Virus record (IMG/VR): IMGVR_UViG_3300010397_000009
Location: 1-62,673 of that record
From: a virus
Taxonomy: Duplodnaviria > Caudoviricetes
Length of the DNA stretch: 62,673 nt
Strand: one strand, 5' to 3'
The notes under the pieces: generated by a model
Databases searched by the model: none
Seen by the model: only the letters and a program-made list of their open reading frames with translations
Told to the model about the DNA's origin: nothing
Translations under genes and position numbers: made by a program
Shown here: positions 9,700 through 19,707 of the stretch, piece by piece
Layout of the letters: each line of letters starts with the position of its first letter
Position numbering within the stretch: position 1 is the stretch's first letter

Positions 9700-10563
9700 G
9701 TGACACTAACACAGGATTACACGTATCAGCTGGGTGACGCTGGTGTGCTCCTGAATTCGGATTTGACCTTGCTCCCGTTCGTGGACATCGACACGATCTC
9801 GGGTTTGGATTCGCCTGCCTTCCGGGAGTCGCAGCGCGACCACGAAGGTACCGATGGGGACTTCCTCGATGCCGAGTTCGAGCTAGGTAGGGATCTTCTA
9901 CTATCTGGGACAATCTATACCGACCCTAATGATCCCGAAACGTACTTGGATGCGCTACGTTTTAATTTTGCGCCCAGTCGTACGTTGGTCCCGTTCTACT
10001 TTAAGTCGCCTAACAAGCCAGAACGTGTACTGTTCGTCAAGCCACGCGGTGTGCGCTACGATATCAACTCACTACGTCGTACAGGTCTTAGTGCAGCACA
10101 GTTCCAGATGCATGCTGAGGACCCGCGCATTTACACCTCGCTGCTGAAGCAGACAGTACTATCTGCAGGCTCTGCGATCACGTTGGGTCGTGGCTACAAC
10201 AAGTCGTACAACCACGGCTATGGCACCATCGTTACTGTGCCAGACAGCTTCACTGTCACCAATGCAGGCAATCGTCCAGCGCCTGCAACGATCACCATTA
10301 CGGGTCCTGTTACTACACCTCAGATCGTTAGTGATACAGCAGGTGCGACGCTCACCTTCAATATCACTTTGGATGTATCAGATGTACTTGTGATCGATCT
10401 ATTGAATCACACAGTAGTCCTAAATGGGAGCACCAATCGAAGAGGCACGCTCCTAGCTGCGAACTGGTTCCTTCTTCAGCCCGGGGATAACATCATGCGG
10501 TACCGAACCGCCATTGGCAGTGTGACCACCGCGACCGTCGCGTGGCGAGACACCTGGAGATAA
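9700..10563 (+). CDS. Distal tail (Dit-like) protein
   Basis: AEDPRIY, VTNAGNRPAPATITITGP, WFLLQPGDN motifs; follows tape measure. Confidence 0.85.
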   Translation: MTLTQDYTYQLGDAGVLLNSDLTLLPFVDIDTISGLDSPAFRESQRDHEGTDGDFLDAEFELGRDLLLSGTIYTDPNDPETYLDALRFNFAPSRTLVPFYFKSPNKPERVLFVKPRGVRYDINSLRRTGLSAAQFQMHAEDPRIYTSLLKQTVLSAGSAITLGRGYNKSYNHGYGTIVTVPDSFTVTNAGNRPAPATITITGPVTTPQIVSDTAGATLTFNITLDVSDVLVIDLLNHTVVLNGSTNRRGTLLAANWFLLQPGDNIMRYRTAIGSVTTATVAWRDTWR

Positions 10564-10564
10564 C

Positions 10565-11590
10565 ATGACTGTCGTTGCGCCTGCTGGGTTCTTCCAGAAC
10601 CTAACAACGCACACTGCCGAAACAGACCGGAGTGTGCCTAACGTACTAACGGTGAACCCGATCGCTGCGAGCTCATTGAAGTCGCAGGGCGGTGTAGCTA
10701 TGACGCTCGGTGGTGGCTTGAAGGTTACGCAGTCAGGCGCACCAGCAATGTCCGTTGACGTTGCACTTGGTACATGTTTGGTGCCAGGTACAGAAGGCGC
10801 TAAGCAGGGACAGTACACGGTTGTGAACGATGCGACCGTCACACTCACAGTCACTGCTGCGCATGCAACGTTGCCTCGCATCGACCTTGTAACTATGACG
10901 ATTCAGGATGCACAGTATAGCGGCGCAGCTAATCAGGCACTGCTCGTTGTAACTGCTGGCACTCCTGCTGCATCACCTGTTGCACCTACTGCTCCTGCGA
11001 ATAGCTTGATCCTTGCACAAATCGCAGTTGGTGCTGCTGTGTCGTCGATCGTTAACGCCAACATCACTGACCGTCGTACCCCGATTACAGCATCGGGCGG
11101 TCTTCAGGTTGTGTCGAGTGCAAACCGTCCTACGAATGGTTTGTATGAGGGTGAATCACTTTATGTGACCGACCGTGACTGGTATGAAACCTACGACGGC
11201 ACTGCATGGAAGGTTCGGGGCACTGCAGTTGTTGCCAACTTCGCAGCACTGTCGAACATTACGAGTCCGTATGTTGGTCAGGTCGTAAACGATGCTGCAG
11301 GCAACGTCTGGTGGTGGACAGGCTCCATTTGGGCACCGAAGCTTTTGAGTGGTACTGCTTCGCTGTCGTTCACTTCCCTGAACTCGTTTAGTCAGAACGT
11401 TTCATTCGCGCAGGCATTCGCTGGCACACCAAACATCATGACCAATATTCACTCTGGAGCCGGCGCTACTGCCCAATGGGGTAGTCGTGCCATCAACGGT
11501 AGCACTACCCAGTTTGCGATCTTTGTTTTCGTCGGTTCGGGCACTTCTACATGGGCTGGTGTAACGGTCCAGTGGGTTGCAACACTGTAA
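10565..11590 (+). CDS. Minor tail protein
   Basis: LPRIDLV, GTPAASPVAP, ITDRR motifs typical of actinophage minor tail proteins. Confidence 0.8.
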   Translation: MTVVAPAGFFQNLTTHTAETDRSVPNVLTVNPIAASSLKSQGGVAMTLGGGLKVTQSGAPAMSVDVALGTCLVPGTEGAKQGQYTVVNDATVTLTVTAAHATLPRIDLVTMTIQDAQYSGAANQALLVVTAGTPAASPVAPTAPANSLILAQIAVGAAVSSIVNANITDRRTPITASGGLQVVSSANRPTNGLYEGESLYVTDRDWYETYDGTAWKVRGTAVVANFAALSNITSPYVGQVVNDAAGNVWWWTGSIWAPKLLSGTASLSFTSLNSFSQNVSFAQAFAGTPNIMTNIHSGAGATAQWGSRAINGSTTQFAIFVFVGSGTSTWAGVTVQWVATL

Positions 11591-11605
11591 TAGAGAGGAG
11601 GGATC

Positions 11606-12706
11606 ATGACCGCACACATGAACTATGTGTTCTGCAATATCCGTGATGGGCAAATTCTGGCTGAGATCCCTCTTGAGTCTGTGAACATAACGGGCCAGCT
11701 AGGCAACTCAGGCAACGGTGAACTACGTGGTTCATTCCATCTTGACTCAACGGGTTTTGATAATGACACCATCAACGTAGCAACCGCGCCCGGACTTCGA
11801 TTCTGTATTGCTGAACGTAATGGCATTCCGGTTTGGGGTGGATTCGTTTGGTCTCGCACCTATCAGAGTCAAGCCAAGGCGTTGCAGTTCTATTGCAAGA
11901 GCATTGAGGCGTATCCGTTCTATCGCTACATGCCTAACTTTGTTTCGCATGCTACAGATCAATTGACAATCTTCCGTAACCTTTGGAATTTGATGCAAGG
12001 TGAGGCTGGTAGCGATTTAGGTATTGTTGTTCCTACTTCATTTCCTTTCACACAGTCAATACTTTTGGATGCCGCTGTGCAATCAACGGATTACAAAACG
12101 TATGGCGACATGATAGATGATCTGGCGAATGGCGATCTAGGCTTCGATTGGCGAATTGACTGGACACGTGCAGGCAATGTGTACACGCGCACACTAAAGG
12201 CCGCTCAACCCACATTGGGTTCGCCCTTCGGTGCCAACACTCTGGTGTTCGATTATCCAGGCAACATTTTGAACTACTGGGAGACGGACTCACTATCCGA
12301 CGCGGGCAACAATATCATCACACTGGGTGCGGGTCAAGGTGAGAGTGCACTCACCTCAACAGTGTATCGACAAGACCTTATTGACAGTGGTTACATTCGT
12401 CTCGACGTTAGTGTGTCGAGCAAGAACACTACTGATCAAACGATCTTAGATGGCTTGGCGCAACGGCAGGCAGCACTTCATGCCGCACCAATCAATACGA
12501 TAAAAGTTCAGATGAAGGCGGATAAGGATCCCGAGTTTGGCTCCTACGCACTCGGTGACACTGTCACCCTTTCAATTGAAGATGCTTGGCACCCGGAGGG
12601 CTTCACCAAGGTCACTCGGTTTGTTGCGTACACCTACACACCCGCACAAGCTGGCGCTGTTGAAGAGACCGAGTTGATCTTTGAGGGATTGCAGGAGGAG
12701 GACTAA
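11606..12706 (+). CDS. Minor tail/baseplate hub protein (ReqiPepy6 gp37-like)
   Basis: ERNGIPVWGGFVWSR, FDYPGNI, YALGDTV motifs. Confidence 0.8.
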   Translation: MTAHMNYVFCNIRDGQILAEIPLESVNITGQLGNSGNGELRGSFHLDSTGFDNDTINVATAPGLRFCIAERNGIPVWGGFVWSRTYQSQAKALQFYCKSIEAYPFYRYMPNFVSHATDQLTIFRNLWNLMQGEAGSDLGIVVPTSFPFTQSILLDAAVQSTDYKTYGDMIDDLANGDLGFDWRIDWTRAGNVYTRTLKAAQPTLGSPFGANTLVFDYPGNILNYWETDSLSDAGNNIITLGAGQGESALTSTVYRQDLIDSGYIRLDVSVSSKNTTDQTILDGLAQRQAALHAAPINTIKVQMKADKDPEFGSYALGDTVTLSIEDAWHPEGFTKVTRFVAYTYTPAQAGAVEETELIFEGLQEED

Positions 12707-13734
12707 TGGGAGCGCAGCGGTACAATGGCGACGTTCCTGACCTCCTCGATCAGATCAAACAATTAAGAAAACGTATCGAAGCACTTGAACGTGGCCCTCA
12801 AGCAGCGTTCACTTCTGTGTCACAAGGTGCAATCAAGGTTTCCGATGGGGCCTCACTTATCATTGGTAGTAGTGTCACTGCCTCTGAAACGACGCCACAG
12901 GTGCCGATAGCAATTCTGACGTACTATGCAGGATTTGATATCCCGATCAAATCCATTACAAAGCTCTTTCCCCAAGATGGTGGTTATCATTACGCTGTCG
13001 TGGGCATGTTCGATCCCACCACGGAGTTCTACGCCGAAGGTTGGGTTAGCGCAAATGGTGTAGTTAACGAGTTCGTAAACCATTTGAGTGCCTTTGACGG
13101 AACGTCTGGTCAAGTTAACTATGGTACAGGACCGACTCCGATCGAGTCCCGGTTCCTTGGCGACGCATCCTTCCAGACTGGTGTATCAATTGAGGCAGGG
13201 TGCGTCTACCATATAGATTCGGGCGCACTGTATGACATTGGTGGCGTCTCTCAGGGTCGCGGCTTTGTTGCTCAAACCGTCTTCACCTCCAACATAGTTA
13301 CGGGCGCCATCAGCGGTACAGAGTACGCAGGCTATGTACTAGGTGAAATAACATTCCTAAATGGTCATGCTTATCGACTTGTAGTTTCTTCAGGTAAGAT
13401 GCGTTCTGCAACTGCACAGCAGCCAGCGATTAATCTTCGAACCTATACTCCTGGTTCACCACCTACGCCAGGGAACGCTTACGTTGGTGGTACAATACTC
13501 AATCAAGGTCCTCGAATGGCTCTCTCATCTACTGGCGTAGATCTATGCTTTGAACCCATAATTACATTCGTGAATAGTAGTGGTTCGGATGTTGTTTCAG
13601 GACTAACTATCACAGTTTCGCCCAACGCTGCACAAACTGTTCAACTCAGTGCCGGCGCCGGTGCCCTTGCAGTTGTTGTTGATATCATTGATATTGGTGC
13701 TGCTTCGGACTGGACCGGCGTACAGAGTTTGTAG
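12706..13734 (+). CDS. Minor tail protein / possible receptor-binding protein
   Basis: N-terminal coiled coil DLLDQIKQLRKRIEALER, then beta-rich region; lower GC. Confidence 0.7.
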   Translation: MGAQRYNGDVPDLLDQIKQLRKRIEALERGPQAAFTSVSQGAIKVSDGASLIIGSSVTASETTPQVPIAILTYYAGFDIPIKSITKLFPQDGGYHYAVVGMFDPTTEFYAEGWVSANGVVNEFVNHLSAFDGTSGQVNYGTGPTPIESRFLGDASFQTGVSIEAGCVYHIDSGALYDIGGVSQGRGFVAQTVFTSNIVTGAISGTEYAGYVLGEITFLNGHAYRLVVSSGKMRSATAQQPAINLRTYTPGSPPTPGNAYVGGTILNQGPRMALSSTGVDLCFEPIITFVNSSGSDVVSGLTITVSPNAAQTVQLSAGAGALAVVVDIIDIGAASDWTGVQSL

Positions 13735-13813
13735 CGCACACACCCAGAACCGGTTGAACACCTACGTCTATAAGAGATGACCAGCCGGGTCTAGAGAAGG
13801 AGAGGCAACGTGC

Positions 13814-14065
13814 GTGAAAATACAAGCCGCGATTACGGGGTTTCGCGACCTGCTGGTCACAGGGGTGGGTCTGTGGGGGGTAATCCACGAGGAGTTGACT
13901 GGCCAGGAACGCCCGTACCTATTGTTGCTTTACGCAATAATTCTCCAGGTCCCGGGAGCGATAGGGCTATTCCAAAAAATGGTGGCTGGCAGGCAAGTCA
14001 TCATGCCACCCGATACAACAACATCATCATCATCATCTCCAGTCTCCTTACCACCGTCGCAATAA
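13814..14065 (+). CDS. Membrane protein, holin-like
   Basis: Two hydrophobic segments; upstream of endolysin. Confidence 0.55.
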   Translation: MKIQAAITGFRDLLVTGVGLWGVIHEELTGQERPYLLLLYAIILQVPGAIGLFQKMVAGRQVIMPPDTTTSSSSSPVSLPPSQ

Positions 14066-14090
14066 TCCTAGCCATGATGGGGGAGATGAA

Positions 14091-14375
14091 ATGACCGAGC
14101 CAAAAAGGAAGCGGAGGATCAGTCGAGTTGCAGTCCTAATTGTACTCGGGTACGTTCTTACGAACAGTACCGCAATCATGTACACCAACATCGTATCCAA
14201 TCGCGACCAAGTTCGTGCAGAGCAATCGGCACGTAAGCAGTCACAACTGTTCTGCCAGGTATTTCAAACAATCGATCAAGCCTACCAAGAGACGCCTCCA
14301 GCAACGAAGACGGGCAAAAACTTTGCCCAAGCAATTCACCAGCTCGTGCTGGATCTCAGGTGCTTAGGGGGATAG
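14091..14375 (+). CDS. Membrane protein (lysis cassette)
   Basis: Basic N-terminus, one transmembrane helix, two Cys in the external part. Confidence 0.6.
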   Translation: MTEPKRKRRISRVAVLIVLGYVLTNSTAIMYTNIVSNRDQVRAEQSARKQSQLFCQVFQTIDQAYQETPPATKTGKNFAQAIHQLVLDLRCLGG

Positions 14376-14376
14376 T

Positions 14377-15405
14377 ATGACAATTTTTGCTAGTGACACT
14401 AGCCACTACGATGGTGATGTCACGCCTACGTGGGTTCGAAATGCCATGGCCGAAGGCATTTCAATTTTCACCCATAAGCTAGGGGAAGGTACTGGCGGAA
14501 TCGATAACGAGGCTGCGCAAGCGTTCGCTTCGTTTCGTTCAGCTGGTGCACCCGTCATTGGTCCGTACTGGGTGGTTCGTTCAGGCTCTGTTGGTCCTCA
14601 GGTCGATGCCCTGATCAGTGCTATGAACGCTAAGATCCCTGGTTGGAAGGACCTCGACAACTTCTTCATCCAGACTGACCTGGAACGTTGGGATTACGAT
14701 AACGTTCCTGCTTCGACCGGTATCAGCTTCTCAAACCTAGCTGCACAGGCTACAGGGAAGACTGTTGCGCTCTACGCTTCACATGGTCAGTACGGTGGTC
14801 AGCTTAGTACCTGGAAGGGTATGCTTTGGAACGCTGACTACGTTGGTGGTACAGCAGGCTTTAAGGCACTGTATCCTGGCGACAACTGGAAGCCCGACCA
14901 CGGTAGTTGGAATGGTGGCTGGACTTCCTATTCTGGCCAAGAGCCAGACCTTCTGCAATACACCTCGAAGGCAACGATTGCAGGTAAGACTACTTGTGAC
15001 GCATCTGCCTTCCGAGGCACACTAGATCAATTCAAAGCACTGATTGGTGGAGACATGGCAGACCTAACTGAGGACAACCTCAACGACATCGCTGACCGGG
15101 TGTGGGCGCGTGCGCAGATCGCCAACCCGCCGAACTACAGTAACCCGGGTACCAAGATCCCGCCGTCGCAAAGTCTGGCCTCGATCATGCAGTACAACTA
15201 CGAGGACGACGTCAACGGTCGCGCGACGAAGGCCGACGTCGACGACATCCAGGCCAAGCAGGCTGCGATGCAGGCGGACATCGACGCACAGAGTGCAAAG
15301 CTCGACCAGATCCTCGCAGCACTGAACACGCCTTCGAGTGGTGTTACCGTGGGCGGAGATGTTGAGGTTACTGGCACGCTGCACGTGACCGCCCCTACTG
15401 CGTAA
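14377..15405 (+). CDS. Endolysin, GH25 muramidase-like
   Basis: DTSHYDG, HKLGEG, QTDLE, LWNADY, LLQYTS, CDASAFRG motifs of GH25. Confidence 0.85.
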   Translation: MTIFASDTSHYDGDVTPTWVRNAMAEGISIFTHKLGEGTGGIDNEAAQAFASFRSAGAPVIGPYWVVRSGSVGPQVDALISAMNAKIPGWKDLDNFFIQTDLERWDYDNVPASTGISFSNLAAQATGKTVALYASHGQYGGQLSTWKGMLWNADYVGGTAGFKALYPGDNWKPDHGSWNGGWTSYSGQEPDLLQYTSKATIAGKTTCDASAFRGTLDQFKALIGGDMADLTEDNLNDIADRVWARAQIANPPNYSNPGTKIPPSQSLASIMQYNYEDDVNGRATKADVDDIQAKQAAMQADIDAQSAKLDQILAALNTPSSGVTVGGDVEVTGTLHVTAPTA

Positions 15406-15439
15406 CAAAGCACCACACCGCGTTGGCGGTGAACAGACT

Positions 15440-15504
15440 GCTGGCCCGCTAGCCTCGACTGATCTTCCCCCTCAGTCGTCCCTCAGCTAGCGGGCCAGCT
15501 TTTT
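15440..15504 (+). terminator. Intrinsic terminator at the convergence of the two arms
   Basis: GCTGGCCCGCTAGC/GCTAGCGGGCCAGC stem followed by TTTTT. Confidence 0.8.
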
Positions 15505-15507
15505 GCT

Positions 15508-15795
15508 CTACTCACCGTTACGCTTACGCCAGGCCTCTTCCCACCTGGTTCGATGTATGGTGGTGACAATGACGATCAGCTTGCCAACCCATACAAGAGG
15601 CCAGAGAAACATTGCAGCCCCAACACCCAACAGGATGTCGTCGTAGTGGGGCTCATCGCGTAGCGAATACTTGGAGTCGGTGTATTGCGAAGGCGCGTCG
15701 CGTTTGGACCACCCATACATTAGGTACACGGCGGTCTTGATGGTTAGTATTCCTCCGACCACATATATTATTGCGATCGCTAACTTCATATTCAC
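15508..15795 (-). CDS. Membrane protein
   Basis: Two hydrophobic segments, including LWPL. Confidence 0.6.
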   Translation of the reverse strand: MNMKLAIAIIYVVGGILTIKTAVYLMYGWSKRDAPSQYTDSKYSLRDEPHYDDILLGVGAAMFLWPLVWVGKLIVIVTTIHRTRWEEAWRKRNGE

Positions 15796-16292
15796 CCGCT
15801 TGAGAATTCCGCACGTAGTGCGTACAGGTAGTACTTGTCGTTCATCTTGAATGTCACGTACTGAAGTAGATGTCGCATAGCGTCCATGGCGTGACGCTTA
15901 CTCGGGAGATACAACCCGATCTTCTTTAGCTTTGCGTCGGTCCAGAATGCCTTCCCTTCCGCAGCCATCTGCATGTGCAATGGAACTTGGAAGCGCGAGC
16001 TGAACAACTTCACGACGCCGACGATCTCTGCTGGTGTGTAGATGATCTTCGTTCTGTCGCGTTCATCCTTACGGAAGTTGAACCGCTCACAGATGATCTC
16101 GAACTTCTCCCTAACAACGTTGTCGAGTGTATTACCGTTGACAATGAGATGCTGTCCAACGAGGTAGTCGAATAGGTCACTGTACTGTTGCGGCGTATCT
16201 ACTGGTAGCTGCTCAAAGGTCCAGATCCGGGAAGGCAAATCCAGAATTGCTATTCCTGTTGTCGGACCTGGATCGAGGGCTATCAGCTTCAA
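15792..16292 (-). CDS. RuvC-like Holliday junction resolvase
   Basis: IALDPGPTTGIA, ICERF, HAMDAMRH motifs. Confidence 0.85.
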   Translation of the reverse strand: MKLIALDPGPTTGIAILDLPSRIWTFEQLPVDTPQQYSDLFDYLVGQHLIVNGNTLDNVVREKFEIICERFNFRKDERDRTKIIYTPAEIVGVVKLFSSRFQVPLHMQMAAEGKAFWTDAKLKKIGLYLPSKRHAMDAMRHLLQYVTFKMNDKYYLYALRAEFSSG

Positions 16293-16686
16293 GGAGTACC
16301 ACGCTATCTGCCGTGATGGAAACGGCCGCCGGAGGATTCACATTGAGGACGTATGCAATGAATGCTTCGAGGTCGTCGACCGCATAGGTGTATTCACCCA
16401 GGCCACGTGTGCCGAACTGCCTAAAGGATTGGAAAGGCATGATCGCGTTCATGATCGCCTTCTCAACCACAATCGGGTGCATCGCATTCTTCGATCGACC
16501 CACCAGTGGATAGAACGCCTCTCTACCCCTAAGCTTGATCATGTGCTGAACGTGTTTGGCAGCGCTCAAGTGACTTGTCAGGATTACGCGATTCCAGTTC
16601 CCATGGGCATTCATGCTGCCTTCGAATAACCAATCGACCAGTTTGGTTGTACGACCAGATCCACGGTCACCAATGTACACCTTCAT
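16213..16686 (-). CDS. Hypothetical protein with degenerate P-loop
   Basis: GDRGSGRTT near the N-terminus and YAVDDLE. Confidence 0.5.
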   Translation of the reverse strand: MKVYIGDRGSGRTTKLVDWLFEGSMNAHGNWNRVILTSHLSAAKHVQHMIKLRGREAFYPLVGRSKNAMHPIVVEKAIMNAIMPFQSFRQFGTRGLGEYTYAVDDLEAFIAYVLNVNPPAAVSITADSVVLLEADSPRSRSDNRNSNSGFAFPDLDL

Positions 16687-16874
16687 ACCGAGTGACCCTT
16701 CGGCCTACGCAGCATGGTGAACTCCTGTCCGCCAGGCGTGATCAAGACGCACATGTGTTCCTCGGTCGTGTTTGCAATGGCGAACTGTACTGCGTCTTCG
16801 ATTGATGCAAACTGGTGCTGGACCAGGTCTTCCTTCTTAACCTTCCAAGGCTCTCTTACCATGTCAAAGTCCAA
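16683..16874 (-). CDS. Hypothetical protein
   Basis: ORF coupled to the next gene (ATGA overlap). Confidence 0.5.
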   Translation of the reverse strand: MDFDMVREPWKVKKEDLVQHQFASIEDAVQFAIANTTEEHMCVLITPGGQEFTMLRRPKGHSV

Positions 16875-16911
16875 TCGCCGTGTGGTTCTCTTTGGTCGTC
16901 AGGGTGCGTGT

Positions 16912-17020
16912 GTCTATCTTAAAGTCTAACACGCTTGTCCCGCAGCTCTACCTGCTTATATAGGCTATGCGAGTCAAACGCGTTAGACTTTAAGAGACTC
17001 GGTCTAATTACTAGTCTAAC
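16912..17020 (-). repeat. Dispersed AGAC-box/attC-like element, copy 2
   Basis: + strand: GTCTA(16912)-GTCTAAC(16924)-N51-GTTAGAC(16982)-GAGAC(16994)-GTCTA(17002)-GTCTAAC(17014). Confidence 0.9.
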
Positions 17021-17034
17021 TGAAGCTGCTAGTT

Positions 17035-17334
17035 TTAGCTTTGAAGCTCTTGGATCATTGCGTCTATCTCGGCACGTTGTGCTATCAGCTTTGCAAGTCG
17101 TGCACTAGCTGACTTCGTCTTCTTGGGCTCGACTACGATGTTGCTCGGATCCAAGTTAGCTCGATTGCCATCCTTGAAGCGGACGGTTTCCTTATCGGAA
17201 TCGATTGCTCGTCCGATCATTGCTTCCGCAACTAGGTGATGCGTTAGGCGCCAGCCGGTCTCAGTGCGGGTGTGACTGTAGCCATTCGCATTGATCATCG
17301 TGTCACCGAGTTGCGCTTGTTGTCCTCGGGGCAT
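17035..17334 (-). CDS. HNH_3-like protein with C-terminal coiled coil (first His apparently lost)
   Basis: THHLVAE..IGR...VRFKDGNRANLDPSNI. Confidence 0.7.
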   Translation of the reverse strand: MPRGQQAQLGDTMINANGYSHTRTETGWRLTHHLVAEAMIGRAIDSDKETVRFKDGNRANLDPSNIVVEPKKTKSASARLAKLIAQRAEIDAMIQELQS

Positions 17335-19706
17335 TACAGATCTCCATATGTCTTGCCGTAGGAGAGGTCTACGGCGAACGGAACGTAATCGGTAAACCTT
17401 CGACCTTCTTCAAGCATTGACTCCTGCAGGAGTGTTGACACAGTATCTCGATACCGTTCGGGACACTCCACGACCAGGGCGTCATGAACTGTGAGTCTGA
17501 TCCATCCCATACCACGGAGCATTGGACGCAGACGGATAAGTGCAGAGAGGCAAATATCGGATGCAGTAGACTGCGGCAGATAGGACAATGCCTCGTTAAG
17601 GACGTCCTTGCGATTCTCATCAGTGATGAGGTAGAAACGACGCTTGCGCCCGAAGGGGGTGACAAGGTCTTCACCGGACAGTACCCTTCTCTTAGTCTGT
17701 TCCTGCCACTTAGCTGTAGCAGGAATTAGATCCATGAAGTCACGAAGGCGCTTCTCGGCTTCACGCACTGTCATGTTATACTCCAGTGCGATGGAGAATG
17801 CTTCACGTCCATAGCTCAGACCGTAGAAGAATGCCTTCGTCCGAACACGATCTTCCTTCGTCCAGTTACCTGTGCCGTAGAGCGAATCAGACAACTCGTT
17901 GAACATGTCGATGTCCGGGTCGGCAAAGATTTCACGAAGGTAATCGTCCTGTGCAAGTGTTGCAATGACTCGGCCTTCCGCTTGCTTGTAGTCGGCCTGG
18001 ATGAAAATGTTGTCCTCATGCGTGACGCGGAACTGCTTCTTGATCATCTTGTCACGAACGATGTTCTGGAGGTTAGGGTTGCGACTTGCAAGTCGTCCAG
18101 AGGTTGTTCCATGTAGCAAGTACGTAGTGTGAATGCGTCGACGATAAACTCGTTTGCGCAGACCCTTTACATACGTACCGTATAGCTTTGTTTCCTTGCG
18201 ACTACGCAGTAGTGCCTGAATGAACTTGGCTGCAGTGCTTGCTGGGTTCAGGCGTTCGAGGATTCGCTTCAGTGTGTCTTCGTTGGTCGTACTAACTCGA
18301 ATACCTTGGTCGTGCAGGAACTCTTTTACTTGCTTGGGTGAACGGGGGTTAAAGGTGGGAATCTTAGTGAGCTCTTGGACAAGAGAGTCGACCTCATCGA
18401 GCCTCGTGAGGTAATCAGTTTGTAGTGCATTGGAGTATGCAATATCAAAACCAATTCCGTTGAGTTCCAAGTACATGAGCTGGTTAGATGCTGCGACAAG
18501 GAAGTCGTGGACGCGTCGAACTCCGTCTCGATCCAGCCGCTCTTGGAACAACTCAAACAAGTCCCAAGTGCAACTAACGTCATACGCGTTGTACTTGTAG
18601 AGTATCGGCCGAGGAATAAGGGCGTAATTTCCTCCGCGTGGCACAAATCGTTGGATCTCATCGTCGTACTTCGGCGCACCAAGAAGTTCGACGGCCAAGA
18701 CTTTGAGACCATGAAGCTGTCCTCCTACTCTTTCATCCAATGCATAATGTGCTAGCATTGTGTCAAAGAAGAGTTCAAGTCCCCCCAGGTGAGGGAAGAG
18801 TCCTGCTAGGTCAAACTTGCCATTGTGTGCGATGATCTTTGTGCGTTGCAAGAACCGCTTGAATACTTCCCAAACAAGACCTTTCTTATCGTCGTCGCTG
18901 ACTATCTGATCAACGCCGTCGACTTCGATTGTCTTCTTTGGGTTCAGTGCTTCTTCGCCTAGGATGTAGGCGAAGCCTTTCTCCATCTGTAGTCCCACGC
19001 AAAGCATTGCGTAGTTGTTCGGATGGTCGAAGCTGATATCCTTCTCGACACCAACCTCGATGTCCACGACTGTGTGTTCAGCTTGCAACGTACTTAGCCA
19101 GAGGATTGCCTCGTCGGCATCATCTATAACTCGATAACGTGGCGGCTTCCATCCTGAGCGATTAGAGTCGCGAAGTTTTCCGACATCGTTGAGGAGCGCG
19201 GGGAATGCGTCCGCATTTCTAAGACAGTAAGCTGGGTGCCATGACGCGACCACTCCTTCAATGCCTGCTTCGCGAACGTCTCCCAGGGCTGGCTTAGCGG
19301 GTCCAATGCGGAGGGTTGAAATCTTCCCTCCAGGATCAATGAGTACTTCTGTTGCAGTTGAACCAAGCGCAAGTGCAGTACTGGCGCCTGATTGCCGTAT
19401 CTCGTGAAGCAGGCGTCCTCGACAAGCAACTTGTGCCGCCTTAGGAGGAGACGAGTTACCCTCAGGACGACAGAGACAAGCATTGGTGAATCCAATCTCT
19501 GATGGTCGAAACTTGTGTGCCTTGAGTACATCCGTAAGCAACTTGCCCGAAGGCCCAACGAAGGGTTTCCCTCGTTGGGCATCCGCATATCCGGGCGCCT
19601 CTCCTACGACGATGACCTTCGGTGCAGGAGGGATGTTGCTTAGGACGTAGGCATTCCCGAACAGGGGACAAGCCTCGCAGTTCGCTTCTGGATGCCTACG
19701 CTCCAC
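17334..19706 (-). CDS. polA: DNA polymerase family A with N-terminal family-4 uracil-DNA glycosylase domain and 3'-5' exonuclease
   Basis: CxxC, VGEAPG, FVGPSG, HPAY (UDG4); DIE, HNGKFD, YNAYD (exo); GRLASRNPNLQNI, ADYKQAE, KAFFYGLSYG, TVHD (PolA). Confidence 0.95.
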   Translation of the reverse strand: MERRHPEANCEACPLFGNAYVLSNIPPAPKVIVVGEAPGYADAQRGKPFVGPSGKLLTDVLKAHKFRPSEIGFTNACLCRPEGNSSPPKAAQVACRGRLLHEIRQSGASTALALGSTATEVLIDPGGKISTLRIGPAKPALGDVREAGIEGVVASWHPAYCLRNADAFPALLNDVGKLRDSNRSGWKPPRYRVIDDADEAILWLSTLQAEHTVVDIEVGVEKDISFDHPNNYAMLCVGLQMEKGFAYILGEEALNPKKTIEVDGVDQIVSDDDKKGLVWEVFKRFLQRTKIIAHNGKFDLAGLFPHLGGLELFFDTMLAHYALDERVGGQLHGLKVLAVELLGAPKYDDEIQRFVPRGGNYALIPRPILYKYNAYDVSCTWDLFELFQERLDRDGVRRVHDFLVAASNQLMYLELNGIGFDIAYSNALQTDYLTRLDEVDSLVQELTKIPTFNPRSPKQVKEFLHDQGIRVSTTNEDTLKRILERLNPASTAAKFIQALLRSRKETKLYGTYVKGLRKRVYRRRIHTTYLLHGTTSGRLASRNPNLQNIVRDKMIKKQFRVTHEDNIFIQADYKQAEGRVIATLAQDDYLREIFADPDIDMFNELSDSLYGTGNWTKEDRVRTKAFFYGLSYGREAFSIALEYNMTVREAEKRLRDFMDLIPATAKWQEQTKRRVLSGEDLVTPFGRKRRFYLITDENRKDVLNEALSYLPQSTASDICLSALIRLRPMLRGMGWIRLTVHDALVVECPERYRDTVSTLLQESMLEEGRRFTDYVPFAVDLSYGKTYGDL

Positions 19707-19707
19707 G

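Noticed and set aside
10565-13734. Diversity-generating retroelement acting on tail genes
   Set aside because: No reverse transcriptase and no TR/VR repeat pair noticed
14012-14040. ACA/TCA microsatellite (and the Thr run near 32030-32050) as phase-variation tracts
   Set aside because: Short in-frame triplet runs encoding Ser/Thr linkers
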